The notes beneath the pieces were generated by a model. It did not search any database, was not told the origin of the DNA, and worked only from the letters and a program-made list of their open reading frames with translations. Shown here piece by piece: positions 17,660 through 29,398 of a stretch of DNA of 64,000 bases. Location: assembly GCF_009914755.1 (NCBI RefSeq), contig NC_060926.1. One strand, given 5' to 3'. A program made the translations under genes and the position numbers. Source of the stretch: the human T2T-CHM13v2.0 reference genome, Homo sapiens. Numbering within the stretch: position 1 is the stretch's first letter; each line of letters begins with the position of its first letter.

Positions 17660-17960
17660 ATATTCATCTATTCACCAAATATTTGATGGACGCCTACTGT
17701 GGGCCAGCCACTGTTCTAGGTCCTAAGGTTACAATTTCAAACAAAACAGACACAGGCTCTGCTTTTGTGAAACATAACAGCCTAGATGGGGAGATGTTCT
17801 TAATCAAATAGTTGATGATATATTTAATTATACGGGTGATAAGTGCTATGAAAAACAGAGAGATGGAGCTACCAGAGTACATCACAAGTAAAGAAAGCCT
17901 TCCTCAGGAAGTGTTCTTTAGGCTGAGAAGAAGTTGTACCCAGGAGGATAGAGTGGGGAG
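17660..17960 (-). mobile_element. L2 LINE 3' fragment
   Basis: attcatctattcaccaaatatttgatggacgcctactgtgggccagccactgttctagg is the reverse complement of the L2 3' end. Confidence 0.75.
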
Positions 17961-20691
17961 AAGAGAACCTTCCCCAGAAGGAGAGATTTGGGTGAATAAG
18001 AGGAGCTGGAAACAAGCCAGCAGGTAGGAAGAGAACAGCTCTGGACTACCCTGCTCCTCCCCACCACTGTTTCCTTGACTGGAAAGTGGGTGTGATGGAG
18101 AACATGACACGCTCTCAGCTCTCGGAGTCTAGCTTCTCTTTGCTGTGTCCAAAGTGAGGGCTTACTATAGAGTGAGAAGATTCTTGTCCAGCTGCATAGA
18201 ATAGAAAACCCACTTTTGTTGAGAGTAAGGCTCACTGAAATGTAGGCAGCAAGTATAACTTGTGCCTAGGTCAAGAGAGCCATCATCTCTCTCAGCCATG
18301 TTCAACAGTCAATACTGGGTTCCCCAAAGGCTCAGATCCCAGGGCCCCAACTCCAAAATAAATGTCCTAGAGAGATTTTATGACTAGGCCTCCACAGCCC
18401 TGGTTTGGTTGATGGCTTATTAATGATCTATTCTAATTCTCCAATTTCCTCTTAAGAAAACAATGAAAATGAAAAGTTAAGATATCTAATTTTTCCTTAT
18501 AGAAATAAATAAGATGCACTTTAAAATACCATTTTCACAGTTTTACTGCTATTTATCAGGAATCCTAAAAACAAGAGCTTCTTTAACAGGGTGGCTGTAA
18601 CTGTTGGCAATTGGCCTGTATGTGAAATTTTACTTAGTTTAACAAGGCCCTCTACTGGCAATCTGCATGAACACCGTCTCCAAAGGCAAAGTTTCACATT
18701 ATTTTAAGTAAACTGTTTTAACTACTCTCAATAACAAAGTATCTCACATTCCTGATTCTATAATTCAAGGCTCAAAGAATAAGTGGGGAGAAAATCAGGA
18801 AGGAAAGAAATAAATGTCATTTTGAGCATTCATTTAGTGGTTCATAAAATAACATTACATGAGGTATCATTTGCTTTCCTCTGATGAAGCTATACTACAT
18901 GTCAAAGGTACTCAGAAAGGAAGGATATTTCTTACACTGAAATGTATTGAGTATTCATGAGACTATAAAACCAAGTTATGATTGCTATTTACCAACTACA
19001 ATAAACCAGATCGTTTCTATTTACCCAAATATGAGTAACTGGCTGTAATGAGAATAAAAGAAACATTGGAGGCAGGCATTTAAAATTGTTGCTGATATGG
19101 CACAACTAATTATTAACTTATCCTCCTTGGCAACTGACAAAAAAAGAACATGGTGACTTGAGAATATAACTACTCACAGAAGATGAATGTTTTAAAAGGA
19201 GATTATATTTGACATATATGTCAACGGGCTGTTGGAGCAACTGGGAAACTTCAGCTATAGGGTCTTAGAAAACTAAGTAAATATTAAAAATGAGGCAATA
19301 ACTTTAGGAAAAAATGTTAACATAAAGATGTGATCATAGTGATTTGACTCAACGTAAACAATATTTGTAATCAAAACAAAAATAAGCACTATGCATGTAA
19401 TTAAAACTGCGATATAATTATATTGAAGAATAGGGATGCTCTGGGAGGTACAAAAAGATATATTATAATCTACCATAATAATAAAGAAGTAGTACTTTGA
19501 CATACACACAGAAACATATGATTTAGGAATATTACATAAAAACAGCTGAAGAAAAAAAAAACTCAGAAATGGGGTAGAGAGGGTGGCCCAAGAGACTGTA
19601 AGATTTTATATAAATATACACACACATATATATATACACATATAGAGAAACACATACTCAATGTTTATATATATGAGCATGTTAGAGCTATTGTTTAGTA
19701 CTAATATTCATATATATACATAGATATATAAACAATTTACTATTGTTGGATTTTCTGATTTATGAGCATGTATTACTTTGACTTTTTAAGTTGCTACAAA
19801 ACCAGTTAGCACTGACAATGGAAACCATTTGAGAAATGCCTTTTGGGCTGGCCTGGATCAGTTCTATGTTTCTAGATTCAATTTGCCAAATGAAGCAAGT
19901 TGCCTTTATGGAGCGGTTTGTCAGACATGCGTCTCGACAGTAACACTTGTTCCCACATTTCAGAACTAACAGCTCTTCTTTCAACACCGTAATATTTATC
20001 TGCCATGTTATTATTCCCAGTGTATGCTCCAAAATGGGCTTGGGACTCTCCTCTTTCCTCTTGAACTCAGTCCACTGGGCTTCTACAATGCATCCAAATT
20101 CTCCTCAAAGGAATCACTAATCCGGTAAAGTTGATTTCTAAAAGGAGAGATCTGGTTTCTTGCCCTGAAAATACCAAGATTAATTTATGTAACTACGGGG
20201 AAGTACCCTGTGTAATTGAGGCTTCCAAACTGACACGATACACTTCATTAGGCAAGTATGTATTGGGGCATTGTAAATGTGTGGGTAATGTTCTATGTAT
20301 CTGAGAGATTTATTATTTCATCTATAAAGGAAGGACAATTGGGAATCCAAAATTCCAAAGGCATTAAACCCTGTAGAGTTAGAGAACTGGAGAAAAAGAA
20401 GGCTATAAGGTACTTTGTGCTTAACTGGGTCCATGACTTGCCAGAGTGTTCAGACTAAACCCTTCTGGCTATTTAAATCCACTTTCACAAAATGCTACCA
20501 TTTCCTTAGGTTACCATTTTCAGGGACCAACCAAATGGCCAAACATTATTTCCAATTTTTTCTTTGTATCTAATCCCTGGATTACACTCTTGACCAAACT
20601 TTACTAGGCCTACCAAAACCCACACCAAGAATGTAAATAATCTTGATGTTTAACCATAAACTTGGGCTACTCTACAAAAAGATTCAGGTCT

Positions 20692-20964
20692 GGCCGGGCG
20701 CAGTGGCTCACGCCTGTAACCCCAGCACTTTGGGTGACCGAAGTGGGCAGATCACGAGGTCAGGCTATTGAGACCATCCTGGCCAACATGGTGAAACCCT
20801 GTCTCTACTAAAAATACAAAAATTAGCTGGGTGTGGTGGCACATGCCTGTAATCCCAGCTACTTGGGAGGCTGAGGCAGGAGAATAGCTTGAACCAGGGA
20901 GTCAGAGGTTGCAGTGAGTCGAGATCATGCCACTGCACTCCAGCCTGGTGACAGAGAAAGACTC

Positions 20965-20995
<31 letters not shown>
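20692..20995 (+). mobile_element. AluSc-like SINE
   Basis: Full dimer with gatcacgaggtc and cagcctgg-tgacag diagnostics, long A tail, TSD aaaaagattcag(g/a)tct. Confidence 0.92.
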
Positions 20996-21236
20996 GATTC
21001 AGATCTCTGAGATTAAAGGAAAAATAAAAATAGTAAAGGACTGCGCATAGGCGTTAGACACTTTGGAAAGACTAGAAAATGTGAATTGCCAGTTTGAATG
21101 GGTGGAAGTATTAATCTGCTATACTGCTCTGCCAGTGCAGTCAATCGGGGCAGATGTGAATGACCAAAACGTCATTGTGGGTGAATGTGAGGCTCATGAA
21201 GCCTCCATATCCAGAAAGCGGTAAAATGAAAGGTTA

Positions 21237-21548
<312 letters not shown>

Positions 21549-22724
21549 GTACGTGCTGTGGGTTCAAATCCTGCCTCTGCCTCTTATCCACCCATGTGAC
21601 TTGTGCACATTACTTAACCTTTCTGAGCATCAGTATTTTTGCTTGGACAATGAATACAATGATCATAATAAGATAGCATGAGCACAGAGCTTGAAAGTGT
21701 GCCTGGTATACAGTAACCACTCAATAGTGATTGATGTTGGAAGAAAACATTTTAAATCTGTTTTTATTGTGCCCATCAACCATGTATCCATACATTTTTT
21801 TCATTTATTGAGAACTCATTGTGTGCCAGGTGCTGAGTTTACAAACTACACTTAAGATTACAAATTTGACAACTCAAATTTGGCAACGACTCTATCTCAA
21901 ATTCACTAGAATCTAGTGGCAGCAGCGGAAGGTAAAGAAATACTTTTAAAATGGGGCTATGCAGTGTAAGCATCCCAACAGAGTTTAGATAGAATACCAT
22001 GGGGTGTGACTGTTTCTTCATCTGAGAGAAGTAAGAGGGGAGACAGAGCAGGGAACGTTGTCAGATGAAGCCAAGGAACGTGGAAGGATTTCAGAATGCA
22101 GGACCGCAGTCTTCTCTCTTAAGTAGGGAGGGAGACACCACCTGAGGGAGGAGCACAGGCAAAGCTGGGACTCAAGAGTGAAGCAAGGCTCACAGGTGCC
22201 ACCGTGGGAAAGGGGTAGGCACAGGGCAGGAGTCAAGTGGAAATGAAGGCATTCAGTGAGCAGTATTCATCCGTCTACTCAACAAGTAATTCCCTAAGGG
22301 CAGTGTCATGCATGGTGCTAAGTTTGGGGAGTCAGTTGGCAGGTGTGCCCTCGTGAGACACAGAGGCTGAAGAGGGGAACAGAAGCACAGTGAACCAATG
22401 CGGACGGAGTTCCATGGTGCACAGGGACACCTACCTGCGGTGACTGGGATGTGAAAAGCTGCTCACAGGACAGGAGGTGCATGCAAGATATGGAGGATAA
22501 ACTGAGTGTGTGGAGAGGTGCTGCAGGAGTACAAAGGTGCAGATGTGCTGAAGAACAGACAAGCCCAGCATATTTCAGTAATAGAGAGCAGCTCCTGGTA
22601 GCTAGGCCAGTAATTCCCATCGAAATCATCTGAGGAACTTTTTAACCATGGCTGGATCTGAATCCCACCTTAGAGGTCATGATTCAGTAAGTCTGGGGTG
22701 GGACGTGGGCATCAGCAAGATAAA

Positions 22725-22988
22725 TAATAACTGTAGCTAATACTCATTAGCACTTAATGTATGCCTAGCATTGTGCCTATTGTTTTAGCTACATTAAGAT
22801 ATCTAATCCTTCTCCATCTTCCCATGAAGGAGGCACTCTCATTATCCACATTTTAAAGAAGAGAAATTGAAATAGAAAAGTTAAGTGAATTAACCAGGAT
22901 CATAAAGCCGGCAAGTGGCAGAAGCAGGACTTGAGCCTGGGCAGCCCAGTTCCAGAGTCCAAGTTTTCAGTCACTGTGCTGTGCTGCA
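22725..22988 (-). mobile_element. MIR SINE, near full length
   Basis: gctaatactcattagcacttaatgtatgcc...cattttaaagaagagaaattga...gttttcagtcactgtgctgtgctg. Confidence 0.75.
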
Positions 22989-23247
22989 TAGTGAAGACCC
23001 TGATTAGCCATCAGGCCCAGAATCCCCAAGACAGCTCTAAGTCCACACTGTGGAGTAGAGTGAAATGAGCCAGGAAAGACAGCCAGGCATCACATCAAGA
23101 ATATCCCCGTCTTCATGGTCAGAAGTCTGGCATCAAGGGCCTTCAACCACAGTGAAGAAGAATTTAAAGCCAATCAGCACAGTAATGTGGTAATTTTGCC
23201 AACCAAGTCCTGAGGCTTGGGTGTTTGCAACAGGAAAATGGATATTT

Positions 23248-23600
23248 AATTCATTCATTTATTTAGCATAATACATTGAATAACTACTCTGTGCTTAGTG
23301 CTGTAGCTATAAGAAGTATTATATAGCAAGCAGCCCTTGCTTTCGACAGAAAGAGGTATTTAACAACATGGCAAAGAGCTCCAGATCCCAGGGCAAAAAA
23401 TGGCACAAGATACCATGACAGTCGAAACAAGTGAATCACCACTTGGACCAGGAGAGTCCAGGAAGGCCCCCCGCCCCTAGGTAGGAATGTCAGGGACAAG
23501 GAAGGCTCCAGAGAGAAGGGTAATGGACGGGTGTATGCGATCTAGCTGAATACTGGAAACTGAGGTCCAGGCTTCAGTGAGAGAATGAAGTGGGAAGGAG
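23248..23600 (-). mobile_element. L2 LINE 3' fragment
   Basis: attcattcatttatttagc...tactctgtgcttagtgctgt. Confidence 0.55.
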
Positions 23601-25056
23601 GAATCAATGAAAAAGTGAAGAGAAGGTTCCACTGGAGAGAGGGGCCCAAAAGAGGAAAAGCAAAGCAAGCTGTGGCCATAAGAAGAAGTCTGAGACTTGG
23701 AAGTAAAGCACAAACACTGAGTATCAGAGTTGGGAATCACCTCAGGTATCCCAGCCTGTACCCAGTGCAAAATGCCTTCTGAACTATTTCAACTGCTGAG
23801 GCTGCTCCATTTGCTTTTAGGCCATTATCTGTAAAATAATCACAGAGTTCTCTTTGGTTTGCTAGTGAAAACAATGAGGAACAGACACCTTAAGAAATGT
23901 AACGAGAGCCAAAGACAAAACGGGAATGTTCTCTCTTTGCCAGACCACCTTCATCTGTACACCTGCACATAGCCCTGTTCCTACAAGAAGGCATAGGAAC
24001 CGCGTGTGGGTCCCATTTCTTTTTCAATATTTAAGAACTTGAGAAGTGGGACACATGCTGGAATGAACACAGGAAGCTCAGTTTCTAGTTGTAGCTTTGC
24101 CACCATCTTACTGGGTGCTCTTGGACAATCACTTCTCTTCCTTGTGCCCCAAGTTTTCTTCTGTGAAAGGATAAACTTTGATGAATAGTTTGAAATCTGT
24201 TTTAGCAGCAAGTCCCTTATTTTAAGCAAAGAATTGCAAAGAGCACTGAGCTCTAATACACAAAACATATCTAAGCCTAATGTGTTCTGATGGAAAAAAA
24301 TGGAGCTGACAAAGAGGCAGGATGTTACCCACCTTAGGACTCCCTGGAAAACAGTCAAATATTTTGAGGCCTTTTGACACTGGCTTCTCACAATTCTGAG
24401 ACTAGAGACAAGGAAAAGGTAGTGAAGGCTGTCACCATGTTTCTGGGCTGGTGACAGAGCAGCTGAATTCAGGAGCAAGCCAGGCTCCTGAGTGAGTCAT
24501 GGGGTTCACATGCGGAGCTAACAGGCTAACAGCCACTTCTTGCCAATCCGTGCAGCGGGCTGGGCTGTCAGGTCTAGAGGGCAGGAATCAGCTGGGATTT
24601 GCTACTGGTTGCAAGAGGCTGAACTGCAGGCACTGAGGAGCAGAGCTGGTAGCTTGAAGGACAGAAAGACAATTTTTCACTGGGCTCTTAAGCAGAACTC
24701 CCGGGTGGCAACAGAGAATAGCTCACGGGCCAGCCGGTGCAGGTGGGATAAGAGGTTCCTGTCCAGGCTGGCGGCATACATGAAGCTCACTCTTCCTATT
24801 TAAATCCCAGAGAATATCTGGAGAGTTTTAAAGAGCCCTGAGGCAGGCAAAAGAGAACATGTGGATTTTGTATACCGATCTAGCTCAGTGTCAAAGTTTG
24901 CCTTTTTCAGTAGTACATTAACTTGGGTTCCAACTCAGAAGACAAGTCAGAACATTGAACATTTCTCCAGATACTCAATGTGAAAAGAATCCAAATAGAA
25001 ACAGTTTCAATTTCAAAATATTTTTTGATACATACACATTCCTGAGGATGAATGAG

Positions 25057-25058
<2 letters not shown>

Positions 25059-25092
<34 letters not shown>
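25059..25092. repeat. (TG)17 microsatellite
   Basis: Perfect dinucleotide run. Confidence 0.97.
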
Positions 25093-25096
<4 letters not shown>

Positions 25097-25608
25097 GGGA
25101 GAGAGTGTAGGTAGGAGGGGACGAGAGACCATAAACATCAACATCCACACACTAGAAATCCATAAACCACAGAAAGAATCAGAGACAAAAAGTGGGTTCT
25201 CCCTGCAGTGTACCAGTTCATGAAAAAGTAGCCTTCATAGTTGTCTGCTAAACTTTCTAGATCAGCCTAATAGTTTTTTGGTTGGTTGTATCTCTTTAAA
25301 AAACAAAAACAAAACAAATGAAAAACCAAACCTGACCTCCCTGCAGAGGCAAATGAGGATTAGCCATTCAGTATCTCCTTATCATCTGCATCCTGGTATT
25401 TGTTCTCAGAGACAAGGGGTCCTCTACCCCTAATTCCAGTCCACTTTAGGGCCCTATAGTTACTTAGAACAAACGCATACTTGCTGTGACAGCCGAAAGA
25501 GCCTGGAGAAATATGTAAACATCATCATCTCACTTTAGAAGGAAAACAAGCTGTATAAATAAGAAAAACTGTTACAAGAGTTTAAAAAAAAAATCCCAAC
25601 AGTCTTAC

Positions 25609-26040
25609 TTGTAGTTAGCTCTTCAGTCAACACATATCACAGTCCTGGAGACAGACACAGGAACTACAACTCTCTCCAGCTAAAAATTTCCTCCCGCGGT
25701 TGGTTATCCTCTGTTTATTTTTGAAGCATTCAAAGGCCACGCTAACAGAACAGACTCGGTTTTCCTGAACATCCACAGCGGCTGGGAAGTCCTGCCGTGA
25801 ATGCGGAGCAAGTTTGCGGAGACTTGCTCCCTGGGCTGCGGCTCCGTAGTTGCTTCGAGCTTGTAAATACAAGCTCCGTGGACAAAGTCCCAAATGACAT
25901 CACTGGCAGCTGCTTATTGTTGAGTCTTTATTAACTGACTGTCAAAAAGAAAGGAGGGGGTGGGGAGGAAGAGTATCTCTTCTGCAGCAAAATCGGCATC
26001 TTGGAGTGGATTCCAGTTATACATGCGTAAATAATCCCAT
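25609..26040 (-). promoter_or_regulatory. Putative promoter and non-coding first exon of an unidentified minus-strand transcript
   Basis: Unique sequence with 12 CpGs in 25695-25877, against a CpG-poor background. Minus-strand donor CAA|GTAAGA at 25609/25608. TGACATCA, CAGCTG, GTTAATAA and GTAAATA motifs. Confidence 0.5.
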
Positions 26041-27289
26041 TGATTCACATTTTTGAGAGGATGGCTTCTTTCAGGTCTGAAAAAGACAGAGAATCGCCTC
26101 CACCAGCTTACACTGGAATAGCTGGAGACCTGGAGGAAAAGTTTGAAGTGCCAGCACAGCCCTACCAAATTGTTTACCCACCTGTTTCGAGTCAACTTCA
26201 GAGCCTGATGATTCATGAATATATGAATACTGGTTGTGTCTTACATTGCTTAATTACTTTTACTGTGATATATACACCTGGCCGACATTTTTCCTAGATA
26301 GATTGTCTCGGGTGCAACTCCTTTTAGATACATTCTAGTGTCTCGGCTTGGAGTAGAAGGAAGGGATCCTTGAAATCACAGCAACATTTTGTGTGCATTT
26401 GCAAATATGCAATTTTTCTTTTCCTGAGAAGAGTGCTGGAGGCTTTCTTCTGATTCTTAAAATTTTAACCACCCACCTGCACCACCCCTGACACTCCAAA
26501 AAACAAATAAATAAGAATCTGTGCCAAGTCTTTCTAATAATCTCACAGAACACTGTAAATCCCACTCACTTACAACTATCAAAATAAAAGTGGGCCTTTT
26601 CTCCCCTATTTTCCACTCTCTCATGGAATCTCTCTTCTGTCCGTTGGTTCTTATAGTTTTTACAGTTATCTCCCCTCCAACCCCTAGCCCCCACCTAGAG
26701 AAATTCCACAGATCCAACACCTAGTCTCTGCCACGAAGCGCGAACACTCCAGCCCACTGTTTTCCTTCCTTCCTCTGGACTGCTATAACGATGCTTACTA
26801 TTTATATTTACTTGCTGCTTTTTATATACTGACTAGTATTTTTAGTTTGTTTTTTAGCCATCTGTGTTCTGTCTCCCCAACTCAGTTTGAAAGGTCTTTG
26901 AGGGCTGCCTTGTAAGTGTTATTTGTTTATACCTAAATCACTTGCCATAGTGAATCCTAAACAGAAATGTGGGAGGTGGGGGGTGAGCATTGAGGGTGGA
27001 GGCAGGAACAAGGTTAGCTGATTCTGTGGCATGGAGTGTATGTTTAGATTAAGCTCTCTCCCTGGCCTTGGAAAACAATGACCTCACATCTCACTACCCC
27101 CAGCAGATGCTCATTGCATGTCTGAAAATTATTTCCTCAAAGAGTAGCAATTGGTTATTGATTTGGTAGGGTCCCAAGACCCCAATATATGCTACTTTCA
27201 TGTGGGAAATAGTTAAAGACAACACAAATTGTGTATGTCACTGATGGGTCTTCAATGAGCCCCATGTTAAGAGAAAGTAAATTAGATGT

Positions 27290-27722
27290 ACCTAAAGATT
27301 TTACAAGTACAGACCCTTAGACCCAGCAATTCCACTTTTCCATAGTGATCCCACAAATACACTCACAAAAGAGCACAAAGATATAAGCACAAGTTCTTTG
27401 CAGCATTATTTGTAAGCCAATAAAAGGGAGACTAATATTCATCAATACAAGAAAACAAAAATGGAGGTAACTGTGAATATACTGATGTGGACAGAAGTAG
27501 GTTGTTGCTTACTGAGTGGATAAAGCAAGGTGCAGCGTAGAAGGCGGCATATTGAACACGAAAAAGAACTTTGCATATGATGAGAGGAATTATATAGATG
27601 ATTAACAGTGGTTACCCTCGGGAAAAAAGGTGGAAAGAACTTTCACATTTGTATGCTTTGTGTGTGGTTTGACTTTTTTTCAATGATCATGTTTCATTTT
27701 TGTTATTAGAAATAATAATAAA
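27290..27722 (+). mobile_element. Ancient L1ME-like 3' fragment
   Basis: cccttagacccagcaattccactt, gcagcattatttgtaa, aacagtggttaccctcggg. Confidence 0.65.
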
Positions 27723-29297
27723 AAGACTTGGTGGTACATTTTCAAAATAAGCCTCAAAAAGAAAAATTGCTATTTCTTCACTAAATGTCTGACCTATAGT
27801 AGGTGCTCAAGAAAGAGGTATTGATTGAATGAATGTTGATGAAGTTTCTCCCAGGATGCAATGGTATGTGGGAGTGGAATAGGGTTGAGAAGAGGAAGAC
27901 ACAAGCACTAGTTTTCATTTCTGATCCAAGGACCCACCCCTTTCCCCTTATATTTGAGGACTGATTTAAAGACCTCTTAGACTCTGTCCACCTTCAGAAA
28001 TGATTAAAGTTCAGTGCTCAGAACATAAAGTGCTGACCTTTTCCTTGTGCAATCCTGTTTGACAAATGAAGTTTTAAGGTAAGACAAGTGTGAGCCGCTT
28101 CGGTTCATTTTCCTGGCTGCTAGCAAGCACCGGAGCGACAAGTCAGAAAGCTTGTAGGGGCACAGGTGTGACCAGCTCCTTGTCATGGCTAGTCTAACAT
28201 TAAGGAAATCTCCAGGGAGAGCTTAGAAAGCTCTAACCCACAATGAGTCTGCAGAGCTTTATTAAGAAGGGACTTTGCCTTTTTTCAGTGGCCGGGAGTG
28301 ATGGCACAAAACCCAGCCCTGCCTACCTGCTATACTGCCTACCAGGCCTTTATAGTAGAAACTCGAAGGCATAAGCCATACATTAGAGCCTATGTTTTTC
28401 TTTAGGGGGGAAAAAAAAGTCCAAGAAAAAGAATGACTGAAAATTTCCACCAAGATAGGATAGACTTTTCAAAGCACTATTTCTATTCCTCTAGAGAAAG
28501 CATATCCAATTCTTGTCTTACTTCATAGTGAGAAGATATCTTACGTCTATAATCGTTTCAAGAAAAGGAAAGCATAGCCCATGTTTCCTGCATATTTTTA
28601 TTTTTTTATGGCCCACATATTATAGGAACCTGAGGCCAGATTCTGTTTAATGCACTTTTGGAGCCCCTTGGGTGTGATCCAGGTCATACCTTCCCGAGGG
28701 AGAGTTAAATACAAGTATTTAGCTAGACTTACGACTTAGCATAAAAACAAAAGAGGGTGGGGGTAGGGGAGGGAAAGGCCATCCTCACCACCTCTACCTA
28801 CTAGGTGATTATGAATGCTGCTGCCAAAACTCCCCCCACCTGCTGAGTGTTGTCTCCCCGCCTCCTGCCCGCCTGCTAGTCCTGCGCTCAGGTAATGTCC
28901 TCTCTCCCTGAGGCCTGGGAGAAGGACGGCTGGGTGACACTGTAACAGGCACATATATGGCTATTTACCTGATCATTTTTAAAAATGTCTTATGCTGGTC
29001 ATTTTATTATGTTAATAAGTGTTTTCTGTCTTAAATTGGAAAATTCCTGAAGTCAGAGATGGTAATCAGATCTGCATGGAGTAAAAAACAGCCAAAAGGT
29101 CTCTTAGAGCTGCTTACTGGTGATGACATGTATTACAAGGGACCTACAAGGACCATGATCACAGGCACAGTTTCTACCTCCAGCGTCTGAGTCTGCCACT
29201 CCCCCATTCTCATAAACAACTGCCCCTTCTTCAGCATTTCTATGTGCCATTGGCTTTCAATGCATCATCTAATTTACCCTTAAAAAAGCCCAGTGAG

Positions 29298-29398
29298 GAG
29301 GCGGAGGTTGCCGTGAGCCAAGATCGCACCATTGCATTCCAGCCTGGGCAACAAGAGTGAAACTCCATCTCAAAAAAAAAAAACCCAGAACCAAAAAC
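29298..29398 (+). mobile_element. 5'-truncated AluSp/Sq (3' end of right arm only) inside a minus-strand MIR
   Basis: gaggcggaggttgccgtgagcc...caacaagagtgaaactccatctc plus A-rich tail. TSD aaagcccagtgag/aaaacccagtgag. Confidence 0.85.

Noticed and set aside
23981-24478. 165-aa minus-strand ORF
   Set aside because: Partly overlaps a MIR-like relic and has no recognisable domain.
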